Positions 18,743 through 28,500 of a stretch of 64,000 nucleotides of DNA are shown piece after piece. Made by a program: the position numbers and the translations under genes. This stretch comes from Gemmatimonadales bacterium (lineage in GTDB: Bacteria; Gemmatimonadota; Gemmatimonadetes; Gemmatimonadales; GWC2-71-9). A model generated the notes under the pieces. The model saw nothing but the letters and a program-made list of their open reading frames with translations. It did not search any database and had not been told where the DNA came from. The stretch's first letter is position 1; each line of letters starts with the position of its first letter. The stretch covers positions 3,563-67,562 of the forward strand of contig DATFEG010000070.1 of NCBI GenBank assembly GCA_035251445.1, written 5' to 3'.

Positions 18743-18793
18743 GGGGAACCTGTTAGCGTTTCTACGTAGAAACTGCTCCGTGCTCCGTGCTCC
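18716..18793 (+). other. Long inverted repeat (19/20 bp arms) built from the heptamer, enclosing a perfect 16-bp palindrome
   Basis: The left arm GGAGCACGGAGCAGGGAGCA (18716-18735) pairs with the right arm TGCTCCGTGCTCCGTGCTCC (18774-18793) with one mismatch. The loop contains GTTTCTACGTAGAAAC (18758-18773). The structure ends 3 nt before the GAGG Shine-Dalgarno of pirin. Confidence 0.8.
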
Positions 18794-18805
18794 TTTGAGG
18801 TGATA

Positions 18806-19720
18806 ATGTCGATCCGTGCCGTCAAATCAATCTCGCAGTCCCAGCTTACCCTCGAAGGCGCGGGCGTCCGTCTCCGCCGGGCGTTCGGGTTTGGACGCAC
18901 CAACGACTTCGATCCGTTCCTGCTCCTCGACGATTTCCGCAACGAGCATCCTGAGGACTATCTCCCGGGATTCCCCTGGCATCCGCATCGTGGCATCGAG
19001 ACGATTACCTACGTCCTGGCTGGCAGCGTCCAGCACGGCGATAGCCTCGGTAATCGCGGCACCATGGGTGCCGGTGACGTGCAGTGGATGACCGCGGGGA
19101 GTGGGATTCTCCATCAGGAAATGCCGAGAGGGGACGACCGGGGCCGCATGCACGGCTTCCAGCTCTGGGCCAACCTGCCGCGCTCGCTCAAGATGACGGA
19201 CCCTCGCTACCAGGACATCCACGCCACGGATATTCCCGAAGTTGTAGATGACGACGGCACACGCGTGCGCGTCGTCGCCGGGGACTTCTGGGGGAAGACG
19301 GGCCCTGTCGAAGGAGTCGCGGCCGACCCCCGCTACCTCGACATCTCGATTCCGCCGCACGTGCGCAAGACGATTCCGGTCGAGGCGTCGCGCCATGCGT
19401 TCGCCTACATCTTCGAGGGCGGCGGCACCTTCCGCGATGCGTCGGCGGCGCAGGGTGTGCAGACCGATCGCGTGTCCGCGGGCGGCCGCGACGCGGGAAG
19501 CGAGAGCGCGACGGAAACCGGGAATCGGTCGCTGGTGCTGTTCGACTCGGGCGATGAAATCACGGTGCAAGCGGGCGAACAGGGTATGCGCTTCCTGCTC
19601 GTGTCGGGCAAACCGCTCGAGGAGCCGGTGGCCTGGCAGGGGCCGATCGTCATGAACACGCCGGACGAGCTGCGTCAGGCCTACGACGAACTGCGCCGCG
19701 GAACTTTTATTAGGCGTTAA
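18806..19720 (+). CDS. Pirin-family protein
   Basis: Motifs FPWHPHRGIETITYVLAGSVQHGDSLGN and WMTAGSGILHQEMP. I prefer the ATG at 18806, preceded by GAGG; the track gives a GTG at 18800. Confidence 0.9.
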   Translation: MSIRAVKSISQSQLTLEGAGVRLRRAFGFGRTNDFDPFLLLDDFRNEHPEDYLPGFPWHPHRGIETITYVLAGSVQHGDSLGNRGTMGAGDVQWMTAGSGILHQEMPRGDDRGRMHGFQLWANLPRSLKMTDPRYQDIHATDIPEVVDDDGTRVRVVAGDFWGKTGPVEGVAADPRYLDISIPPHVRKTIPVEASRHAFAYIFEGGGTFRDASAAQGVQTDRVSAGGRDAGSESATETGNRSLVLFDSGDEITVQAGEQGMRFLLVSGKPLEEPVAWQGPIVMNTPDELRQAYDELRRGTFIRR

Positions 19721-19928
19721 GGTCGGGGTGGTTGCGGACCTTGGCGCTCGCCACCATCAAATCGCCCCCGCGCGCTTCGACTTCCTTCTCGAAGCCCTCC
19801 ACGGCAGCCAGTAGATCGGCCAGCTCCTCGGGTCGCTCGTCGTCGCTTACGAGGATCCCGCGCCGGCGGAGGCGGTCTGCGAAGCCATGAATTGAGAGTA
19901 GTCGACGGACCACCCCGGCACGACCCAT
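19710..19928 (-). CDS. Hypothetical small protein (72 aa)
   Basis: This is the only protein-like ORF in this gap. I recognise no family. Confidence 0.35.
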   Translation of the reverse strand: MGRAGVVRRLLSIHGFADRLRRRGILVSDDERPEELADLLAAVEGFEKEVEARGGDLMVASAKVRNHPDLNA

Positions 19929-19985
19929 CCAGAGAGCTACGCCAAGAGATGCAAATGCGCCGGGACGGGTGGGGTAGGATTACCC

Positions 19986-20324
19986 ATGGCCATCCAACTG
20001 AGATCAGATCGGGATCGCTCGCTGGGGCAGGTCCTGAGCGACATTCGCACCGACGCGAGCCTGCTCGTGCGCCAGGAAATAGCGCTTGCCAAAGCCGAGT
20101 TGAAGCAGAAGGCAGGGGACGTCGCGAAGCGGGCCGCGCTGTTTGCCGGCGTCGGGCTGCTGGCCTACAGCGGCCTGCTCATCCTCCTCGCCGCCCTGGT
20201 TCTTGGCCTGATCGCGATCGGCGTTGTCGCCTGGCTGGCGGCGCTGAGCGTCGGGATCGTCGTGCTATTGGGAGCCTGGCTCCTCGTACAGCGGGCCCGA
20301 GGGCCAAAGAAGGACGACGCGTGA
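19986..20324 (+). CDS. Holin-X / phage_holin_3_6-family small membrane protein
   Basis: 112 aa. SLGQVLSDIRTDASLLVRQEIALAKAELKQKAGDVAKRAALFAG is followed by two transmembrane helices. Confidence 0.75.
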   Translation: MAIQLRSDRDRSLGQVLSDIRTDASLLVRQEIALAKAELKQKAGDVAKRAALFAGVGLLAYSGLLILLAALVLGLIAIGVVAWLAALSVGIVVLLGAWLLVQRARGPKKDDA

Positions 20325-20560
20325 GCATCACGGTTCCAGGCCGGATCGTCACCCGGCCCGATTACGGCTGGAGCGCCGAAGGTAAGAGTCTCGCCGAGAT
20401 CTCCAGCGACATTCGGCAGACCCGCTACCGGCTGGAGTCCGACCTACAGGAGCTTCGATTGATGCTCGCACCCCGGCGCCTGCTCCCGGCTGCCATCGTG
20501 ACCGGCGGCCTGGCCGCATTGTCCTTGCTGATCCGCCGTATGCGTCGTCGCAAGCGCTAG
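20321..20560 (+). CDS. DUF3618-like small membrane-anchored protein
   Basis: A GTG start overlaps the upstream stop (GTGA). It has an AEISSDIRQTRYRLESDLQELRLML helix, a C-terminal transmembrane segment and a basic tail. Confidence 0.6.
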   Translation: MSITVPGRIVTRPDYGWSAEGKSLAEISSDIRQTRYRLESDLQELRLMLAPRRLLPAAIVTGGLAALSLLIRRMRRRKR

Positions 20561-20598
20561 CGGTCGTTGTTCAGGGGCGGTTATCGTTACGCCGCCCT

Positions 20599-21855
20599 AT
20601 GTGGACTTTTCTCAAGCGCATCAGTCTGACGCAGTGGATTCTGATCGGCATGGCTCTGGGCACGCTGGTCGGCTGGGCGTGGCCGGACTTTGCCCAATCG
20701 TTGCGTCCCCTTTCCACCACGTTCCTACGGATGATCAAGTCGATCATCGTGCCGATCATTTTCGGGACGTTGGTGATCGGCATCGCCGGACATGGTGACG
20801 ACATGAAGCGCGTCGGCCGGCTCGCGTTCAAGTCACTCGTGTATTTCGAAATCGTCACGACGCTTGCGCTGTTCATTGGCCTGATGGCGGTGAACCTGGT
20901 GAAGCCGGGAGTCGGGGTGGACTTGCCGCCGCCGGCCGCGGGCTCGCCGGCCCCCGGAACGGGACAACCGACGTTCTCGAGCGTCCTCGAGCACATCGTG
21001 CCACAGAGCTTTTTTGAAGCCGCGGTCACCAATCAGGTGCTGCAGATCGTCTTCTTCTCCGTGCTCTTCGGGGTGGGCTTGTCGCAGGTTCGGGGGCGGC
21101 CCAAAGAAGCCATGCTGGGATTCTGTGAGGGCCTCGCCGAAACGATGTTCAAGTTCACTGCGATCGTGATGAAGTTCGCCCCGATCGGGATCGGCGCCGC
21201 GATCGCGGTCACCGTGGGCCACAGCGGGCTCGAGGTTCTGAAGAATCTCGGCCTGCTTGTGCTGACACTCTACGGGGCGCTGGTCGTATTCGGTCTCATC
21301 GTGCTGCTTCCGGTGGCGCGCCTGGCCCGCGTCCCGTTGCGACCCTTCCTCAGCGCCGTCAAAGAGCCGGCGCTCATCGCGTTCTCGACCACCTCTTCGG
21401 AGGCGGCGTTGCCCAAAGCGATGGAGCGAATGGAAGCGATCGGCGTCCCGCGCCGCATCGTGGCGTTTGTAATGCCGACCGGCTACTCGTTCAACCTCGA
21501 CGGCAGCACGCTCTATCTGGCGGTCGCCTCCATCTTCGCGGCGCAAGCCGCTGGAGTGCACCTCTCGCTGGCCCAGCAGCTGCTCATGATGCTGACCCTG
21601 ATGGTGACGACCAAAGGTGTGGCGGCCGTGCCGCGTGCGTCACTCGTCATCCTCGCGGGTACACTCACGTCGTTCAATCTCCCACTCGAAGCGATCGCGG
21701 TCATACTCGGCGTGGACGAGCTGATGGACATGGCACGGACGACGGTGAACCTCGTCGGCAATTGCCTCGCGACAGTCGTGATGGGGCGCTGGGAAGGCGA
21801 ATTCGACGACCGCAAAGCCGAAGCCTATTTGCAGCAGCCCGCGATCGCCGCGTAG
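20599..21855 (+). CDS. Dicarboxylate/amino acid:cation symporter (DAACS family, GltP/DctA-like)
   Basis: 418 aa, polytopic, with STTSSEAALPKAMERME (the SSEAALP motif). Confidence 0.9.
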   Translation: MWTFLKRISLTQWILIGMALGTLVGWAWPDFAQSLRPLSTTFLRMIKSIIVPIIFGTLVIGIAGHGDDMKRVGRLAFKSLVYFEIVTTLALFIGLMAVNLVKPGVGVDLPPPAAGSPAPGTGQPTFSSVLEHIVPQSFFEAAVTNQVLQIVFFSVLFGVGLSQVRGRPKEAMLGFCEGLAETMFKFTAIVMKFAPIGIGAAIAVTVGHSGLEVLKNLGLLVLTLYGALVVFGLIVLLPVARLARVPLRPFLSAVKEPALIAFSTTSSEAALPKAMERMEAIGVPRRIVAFVMPTGYSFNLDGSTLYLAVASIFAAQAAGVHLSLAQQLLMMLTLMVTTKGVAAVPRASLVILAGTLTSFNLPLEAIAVILGVDELMDMARTTVNLVGNCLATVVMGRWEGEFDDRKAEAYLQQPAIAA

Positions 21856-21864
21856 CTTGTCCGC

Positions 21865-23466
21865 GTGGAACAGACGTCACTCGACATCCCGCCCGATCTC
21901 CAGGCTGCACTCGCGGACCGCTACACCCTGCGTCGCATACTCGGCCGGGGCGGGATGGCGACGGTATACCTCGCCGACGACAAGAAGCACCATCGCGCGG
22001 TTGCGCTGAAGGTCCTGCTCCCCGGGCTCGCCGCCTACCTCGGTGTCGAGCGATTTCTCAAGGAAATCCAGATCGCCGCGCGGCTGACCCACCCGCACAT
22101 TCTCGCGCTCCACGACTCCGGCGAGGCGGGCGGCTTCCTCTATTACGTCATGCCCTACATCGAGGGCGCATCGCTGCGCCAGCAGCTCGAGGCCAGGGAT
22201 GAGCGGCGGCTCTCCCAGCACGAGGTCTTTGCGATCGCCGAGCCGGTCGCCGATGCACTCGCGTACGCGCATCGCATGGGTGTCCTGCATCGGGACATCA
22301 AGCCGGAGAACATTCTCTTCTCGCAGGGCCACCCGATCGTCGGTGACTTCGGCATTGCCAAGGCGGTCAGCACTGCCGGTGGCGCGAACCTGACGCGCAC
22401 CGGCTTTCCGATCGGTACGCCCGGGTACATGAGCCCAGAGCAGGCGGCCGGCTTGATGGAGCTGGACGAACGCACGGATGTCTACAGCCTCGCGGTCGTC
22501 GTCTACGAGATGCTGGTCGGCGAAGTCCCGGGGCGCTGGCCGACCGAAGATGCCGTGCGCGCCGGCCGGTTCCTCGAGGCGACTCCCCGGCATCGAACAC
22601 GGCTCACCTCGGTGGGGTCGCGAATTGAAGCGGCGCTGGTACGCGGATTGGCGATACGGCACGATCAACGCACGGCGACGCCCGGTTCCCTCATGGATGA
22701 GCTCATCCGTGGCGTCTCAGCCCCGCGCCGCCGCTACGACGAGAACGAAGTGCAGGAGATCGTCAAACGCGCCACCGAGTTGGAAGCGACCAACAAGACC
22801 GCCTCTGGAGCAATGACCATCGGCGGCGTGCAGGCTCTGGGAGAGGAGGTGGGCGTCGCGCCCGAGCTCGTGCGCGCGGCCGCGGAGTCGCTGCGCCGGC
22901 CCACCACAGCGCCGACGGCGGGACCAGCCAACAAGGTCAATCCGTGGATTTCGGGTCCGACACGGCTCATGTTCGAGCGCATCGTGGACGGAGAGCTGCC
23001 CGAGTCGGAGTACGAGACGCTGGTCGATGAGATCCGGCAGATGTTGCAGGACGCCGGTCAGGTCAGTCAGTTCGGTCGGTCGTTCACGTGGGCGATGGTA
23101 CGCGGTGGACCGAACACCGGTGTGCGGCGCAACCTGGAGATTACGGTCTCCATCCGTGCCGGTCGCACCCGGATTACGGTGCACGAAAACCTTGCCCAGG
23201 TGATCGGCGGCGTATTCGGTGGGATCGGCGGGGAAATGGGCGGCGGGGGCATGGGGCCGGTGCTCGGCATCTTCGCCGGCGCGCTCGAGCTCGAGCTCGC
23301 TGCGATTGCGGTTGTTCCCATCTGGCTCGGCCTCACCTACGCGACGGCTCGGTACGTCTACCGGCGCATGACGCGAAAGAAAGCCGCGGAGCTTACGGCG
23401 CTTGTCGACCGACTCGCCGAAGTCACCGCCGGTCTCGTCGTGTTTCCACAGAAGCTCAACCCCTGA
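21865..23466 (+). CDS. Ser/Thr protein kinase with a C-terminal uncharacterised domain and a Gly-rich transmembrane region
   Basis: Motifs GRGGMATVY, AVALKVL, HRDIKPENILF, DFGIAK, GTPGYMSPEQ. Confidence 0.9.
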   Translation: MEQTSLDIPPDLQAALADRYTLRRILGRGGMATVYLADDKKHHRAVALKVLLPGLAAYLGVERFLKEIQIAARLTHPHILALHDSGEAGGFLYYVMPYIEGASLRQQLEARDERRLSQHEVFAIAEPVADALAYAHRMGVLHRDIKPENILFSQGHPIVGDFGIAKAVSTAGGANLTRTGFPIGTPGYMSPEQAAGLMELDERTDVYSLAVVVYEMLVGEVPGRWPTEDAVRAGRFLEATPRHRTRLTSVGSRIEAALVRGLAIRHDQRTATPGSLMDELIRGVSAPRRRYDENEVQEIVKRATELEATNKTASGAMTIGGVQALGEEVGVAPELVRAAAESLRRPTTAPTAGPANKVNPWISGPTRLMFERIVDGELPESEYETLVDEIRQMLQDAGQVSQFGRSFTWAMVRGGPNTGVRRNLEITVSIRAGRTRITVHENLAQVIGGVFGGIGGEMGGGGMGPVLGIFAGALELELAAIAVVPIWLGLTYATARYVYRRMTRKKAAELTALVDRLAEVTAGLVVFPQKLNP

Positions 23467-23587
23467 AGGGTCTACGCTGAGGGGTTAAACCCCGAAGGGT
23501 TAAGCTCACTCCAGCGTGCGGGCGATCCAATGCGGAGCGGTTCACGAATACACTTCGTGAGCAACCCGAACCCCCGAGGAGTGAACC

Positions 23588-24586
23588 ATGCTGTCACTAC
23601 TGCTAATCACCGCGCTCGCGGTGCAGTACCCGCCGCCCGCGCCTCAGGCCACATCGACGACTCGCGCGCAGTCAAGCCAAAAGGATACCGCGACCGCAAC
23701 CAGTCGTTCGGCCCCCGTCAGTCGACAGGTATTCCATGACCGCATGCGCCAACTGTGGTCTGATCATATCGTGTACACGCGCAGCTTCATCGTGAGTGCG
23801 TCCGCCGGTCTGCCGGACACTGCTGAAGTGCTCCAGCGTCTCCTCCGAAACCAGGATGAATTGGGTGAAGCCATCAAGCCGTATTACGGCGATGCCGCCA
23901 GCACCCAGCTGGCGTCGTTGCTTCGCAGCCATATCCAGCATGCCGGGAAGGCGTTGGTCGCCGCAAAGGGCAACCGCATGGCAACACAGACTGGCATGAA
24001 TCCAGAAGCTCAGTATCAGTCAAATCAGTATGGCCAGAACCGGATGGGTGACACCACGAAGTCCAATTCCCAGTATCCCGGGAACAACAGCGCGCGGATG
24101 ACCGACACGACGAAGTCCCGCCAACCGGGGTCCCCGTCTGCGACTCAGCGCACCAACGACACCACACGTGCCAACGCGCGCGTCACGGGCGACACGATCA
24201 GTCAGCGTCTCCCCAGCAATCAGTATGGGCAGCAGGCCCAACCAGGCCAGCAGGCGCAGTTCCAGACGGCCCAGGTTGACTCGGTTCAGCTGAACCAGGC
24301 GGTCGCCGCGCTGAAGGCGAATGGCGACAGCATCGCCACGTTCCTGGCCCAGGCGAATCCGCGCAACTTCTCGCGCGAAAGCCTCAAGAACGGGTTCGGC
24401 CAGCATATCACGCTGCTGTTGCAGGAAGTCACTGCGCACCTGAAGGGGGACTGGTCCGGCAGCATTACAGCGGTCGATGAAAGCCACCGTCAGGCAATGC
24501 AGATGGCCGACATGCTGAGCGAGGGGATCATGAAGCAGTACCCCGGTCGCTTCACCAACCGGTCGACGAGTGTTTCTTCGCGGTAA
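23588..24586 (+). CDS. Secreted helical protein split by a Q/N/T-rich low-complexity insert
   Basis: It has a signal peptide and a GGAGG-like ribosome-binding site. The conserved-looking halves (WSDHIVYTRSFIV...YYGDAAS...LLRSHI and ANGDSIATFLAQANP...HITLLLQEV...MADMLSEGIMKQYP) flank about 100 aa of QYQSNQYGQN/TTKS repeats. Confidence 0.65.
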   Translation: MLSLLLITALAVQYPPPAPQATSTTRAQSSQKDTATATSRSAPVSRQVFHDRMRQLWSDHIVYTRSFIVSASAGLPDTAEVLQRLLRNQDELGEAIKPYYGDAASTQLASLLRSHIQHAGKALVAAKGNRMATQTGMNPEAQYQSNQYGQNRMGDTTKSNSQYPGNNSARMTDTTKSRQPGSPSATQRTNDTTRANARVTGDTISQRLPSNQYGQQAQPGQQAQFQTAQVDSVQLNQAVAALKANGDSIATFLAQANPRNFSRESLKNGFGQHITLLLQEVTAHLKGDWSGSITAVDESHRQAMQMADMLSEGIMKQYPGRFTNRSTSVSSR

Positions 24587-24613
24587 GTCTGATCACGAAG
24601 TCTGATCAACATG

Positions 24614-24657
24614 GAGCGACCCCGAGCCTTTAAGGCTTAGGGGTCGCTCTCGTTTTT
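24614..24657. terminator. Bidirectional intrinsic terminator
   Basis: A perfect 10-bp stem GAGCGACCCC / GGGGTCGCTC has an inner AGCC/GGCT stem and is followed by TCGTTTTT. It lies between convergent genes. Confidence 0.8.
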
Positions 24658-25234
24658 AGGAGAGCGCGGCAAACGCGCCAATGGCCGCGATTACGAGGCC
24701 GAGAGCGATCTTCATGGCGCCGGCAGCCGCGCGACCGACGACGGCGCCCCATCCCGCGCGCGTCGCCACGCCGGCCTGCCGGGACGCACTATACTCGAAC
24801 AGCGCGGCCCCGATGAACGAGCCGAGGAATGCTCCAACGACGCTACCGATAAGCGCGATCGGAACGCCGATGACAGCCCCGATCAAGCCGCCGATCAACG
24901 CTCCCCACCCCGATCGGCGCGATCCACCGTACCGCTTCGCGAAGCGAAATCCGAGCCAACTCTCGATGATCTCGCCGAGCACTGCGATGGCGAGGACGAC
25001 GCCGATGACGAGCGCGCTCACGGTGCGAAAGTCCGTCAGCCAGCCATAGGCGAGAATGCCGAGCACCATCACCCACAGGCCGGGAAGGCCGAGCGGGATC
25101 AGGCACAAACCGATCACGCTGAGGCCAATGAGCAGGATCAACGCGAGAGCATCCACGACGCGTCCTTTCGACTGGCAATCTCCGGCAGTTTCTGTATTGT
25201 TTCCTCCCCTCCCTGAAAAGGGACTATCATCCAT
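24656..25234 (-). CDS. DUF456-family membrane protein
   Basis: Four hydrophobic segments, LGLPGLWVMVLGILAYGWL and a Gly-rich C-terminus. I prefer the internal ATG at 25234 (MDDSPF...) over the basic 45-aa extension in the track ORF. Confidence 0.75.
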   Translation of the reverse strand: MDDSPFSGRGGNNTETAGDCQSKGRVVDALALILLIGLSVIGLCLIPLGLPGLWVMVLGILAYGWLTDFRTVSALVIGVVLAIAVLGEIIESWLGFRFAKRYGGSRRSGWGALIGGLIGAVIGVPIALIGSVVGAFLGSFIGAALFEYSASRQAGVATRAGWGAVVGRAAAGAMKIALGLVIAAIGAFAALS

Positions 25235-25548
25235 TGCCTGGATCTGACGAGAAACTGCCTCGGTTGCCTCAACTTGGCGAGCCACTGATCCTTGCGGATG
25301 GCCGCCGATTTGCGTTTGCCGAGGTTCACAACGGCGTTCGCGGTTGGTGGTTTGTCGCCACAGCACACGACGGGAACAGCACGCTGCAGGGGAATCTGCG
25401 ACTTGACTGGGACCCGCAAGTCGATGCGTGGCGCCCCCTCGGCTGGCGTGTGCCGATCCCTCCGTCCCTGCGAAAGTCCGCTCAACCGAGATTGCGACAG
25501 GTCGATTAGGGTCATTACAAGGTAAGTCCTCAGCGGTAGATTGACATC

Positions 25549-28500
25549 ATGGCTTCGGCGCGCAGGAAGGGAGACGCGAAGGGAAGTGCGAAGGGAGACG
25601 GGCGGACCTCAACGCCCGTGCCACGCGAGCCGATCGCCCCGCCTGCCGGTGCCCCCACCCCCAGTCAGCCTTTCGAGAACGTCGCCCCGGACGGGCTGCG
25701 CCAGCCGTCGCTGCCATTCCCGGTCGTGTGCGTAGGCGCCTCGGCGGGGGGCCTCGAGGCTTTCACGCAGCTGCTCGAGGCCACGCCCACGAACACCGGC
25801 ATGGCGTTCGTACTCGTCTCCCACCTTTCCCCTTCCCACGCCAGTCATCTCGCGGAGATCCTGTCGCGGGCCACGCGCATGCCCGTGAACGAAGTCAAGG
25901 ACGAGCCCAAGGTCCAGCCGAACCGGGTCTATGTCATCCCTCCCGATCGCAGCATGATCATTTCGGGCGGTGTGCTCAAGCTGCTGCCGCGACGCGAGGT
26001 CCGGGGTCAGCACCATCCCATCGATCTCTTCCTCGAATCCCTCGCCGAGGACCAGCAGAACAAATCGATCGCGGTGATCCTGTCCGGAACCGGGAGCGAT
26101 GGGACAGCGGGACTCGACGAGATCAAGGCCGCCGGCGGCATCACCTTCGCGCAGGACCAGACCGCAGCCTACGAGGGCATGCCGCGGAGCGCGACGATGG
26201 CGGGATCGGTGGATTTCGTCCTTCCGCCGGCCGGGATCGCGATGGAGCTGGCGAACATCGCGCGGCACGCCTACGTGTCGCCGGAAGGGCCGCTCGCGCA
26301 GCCGCCGCCGGCCGAGACGGCGCACTTCACGCAGATCCTGAATCTGCTGCACCAAACGATGGGTGTGGATTTCCACCACTACAAGACCACGACACTCATT
26401 CGCCGCATCGTGCGGCGCATGGCGCTTCACAAGCTCGACGCGCTCGCCGAATACGCCGAGTTTCTGCGCTCCCGCCCCGCCGAGATCGAAGCGCTGTTTC
26501 AGGATATCCTCATCAGCGTCACGTCGTTTTTCCGCGATCCGGAGTCGTTCGAGCTGCTGAAGACCAAGATATTTCCGCGCGTCACAGCCGAGCGTTCGAT
26601 TGGCGACGCGATCCGCATGTGGGTAGTGGGCTGCGCGACGGGCGAAGAGGCGTACTCGGTCGCGATCGCCTTCTCGGAGTTCATGGAGCGCGAAGGGCGG
26701 GTCTGGCCCGTGCAGATCTTTGCCACCGACTTGAACGGCGCCGGCGTCGAGCGCGCGCGAGGCGGACTCTATCCCAAGAGCATCTCCGAGCGTGTGTCAC
26801 CGGAGCGGCTGCGGCGCTATTTCTACGAGGTGGACGGCAAGTATCGAGTAGCGAAGTCCATTCGCGACATGTGCGTCTTTGCCAAGCATAACATCGTCGC
26901 CGACTCACCGTTTTCGCGCATGGATCTGATCAGCTGTCGCAACCTGCTCATCTATCTCGAGCCCGTGCTGCAGCAGCACCTGATGCCGATCCTCCATTAT
27001 GCCCTGAAGCCGAGCGGCTTTCTGTGGCTCGGCGCATCGGAGACGACCGGGAAATTTCGCGACCTGTTCGACGCCGATGACGCCAAGCATCGTTTCTACA
27101 TCAAGAAGCCGAACGCCGCACGCATGCCTGTGCCGCTGCCCATCCGCGGGCCCAGCGAGCGGGGCACGCAGGCGGAACTGCCGGTCAGTCAGGGACGGCG
27201 CGGCGAGGAGGTGCAGCGCGAGGCGGATCGCATTCTGCTGTCGCGCTATACCCCGCCAGGTGTGCTGGTGACCGACGATCTGGACATCCTGCAGTTCCGG
27301 GGTGATACAGGGCCCTACCTCGCTCCGGCGTCCGGACGCGCGTCGCTCAACTTGCTCAAGATGTTGCGGGAAGGTTTGCTGCTGCCGGTGCGCACCGCGA
27401 TAGCGCGCGCCAAGCGGGAAGGGAGCGCGATCCGGACAGACGACGTCCGTGTGAAATCCAACGGCGGCTGGCGACTCGTCGACCTCGAGGTCGTTCCGGT
27501 CAAAGTGTCCGGGACCGAGCGCAGCTGTTACCTGCTCCTGTTTCACGAGCCGCAGATCCAGCCCGAGCGTCTTCCGAAACCCGAGTCGGTCACCAACGCC
27601 GAGGTGGAGCAGGAGACGACGCAGCTCAAGCAGGAGCTGACCGCCACCAAGGAATACCTGCAATCGGTCATCGAGCAGCAGGAGGCGGCCACCGAGGAGC
27701 TGCAGGCGGCCAATGAGGAGGTCCAGTCGGCCAACGAAGAGCTGCAGAGTATCAATGAAGAGATCGAGACGTCCAAGGAAGAGATCCAATCGAGTAACGA
27801 AGAGCTGGCGACGGTCAACGAGGAGCTCCAGACCCGCAATGCCGAGCTGGGGCAGAGCAACAACGACCTCATGAATCTCCTCGCCAGCGTGCAGATGGCG
27901 ATCGTGATGCTCGGCGCCGATCTCCGCATCCGCCGCTTCACCCCGATGGCGGAGAAGATGCTGAACCTCATCGCGACGGACGTCGGGCGGCCGCTCACCG
28001 ACATCAGGCTCAATTTCGATGTCCCCGATCTCGAGAAGATCCTCGGGGAAGTCCTCGAGACGATCCAGCCCTACCAGCGGGATGTGCAGGACAGGAACGG
28101 ACGCTGGCACTCGCTGCGGGTGCGCCCATACCGCACGCTCGAAAACCGCATCGACGGCGTGGTGATCGTCCTGGTGGACATCGATTCGGTGAAGTCGACA
28201 GCCGAATCGCTGCGCGTCAGCGCCGAGCGGCTGCGAATCATGTACGACCGCGCGCCCGTGGGGATTTTCGAAACCGATCTCGAGGGACGGTTCACCCGAG
28301 TCAACGATATGTTCTGCCGTCTGACCGGCCGCTCGCGCGAAACGCTGCTCGCGCTGCGATCGGAAGACATCACCCATCCCGACGATATCCTTGCGGAACG
28401 CGAGGATTACCATCGAATTCGGAACGGCGCGACGGCCTCCGTGCGCCGGGAGAAGCGCTACCTGCGCGAAGGGGGCGAGCCGGTCTGGGTCGAGGTGCAC

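Noticed and set aside
18694-18793. Possibility that the heptamer arrays (also at 30970-30997 and 32583-32631) are CRISPR arrays
   Set aside because: The 7-nt period has no spacers, which is incompatible with CRISPR (repeats of 23-50 nt with unique spacers). No cas genes are present in the window.
19986-20560. A holin-family gene as evidence of a prophage
   Set aside because: Holin-X/DUF3618 pairs are widespread chromosomal small membrane-protein genes. No lysin, capsid, terminase or integrase gene lies nearby.
23461-23505. Small hairpins after the Ser/Thr kinase gene (CCC-TGAA-GGG and AACCC-CGAA-GGGTT) as an intrinsic terminator
   Set aside because: The stems are only 3-5 bp and no T-tract follows, so they are too weak to call.
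27650-27850. A 21-nt periodicity (GAGGAGCTGCAG...) inside the CheBR sensor gene
   Set aside because: It is explained by a heptad coiled coil (EELQxANEE repeats), which is common after CheR domains in this architecture. It is not an independent DNA element.
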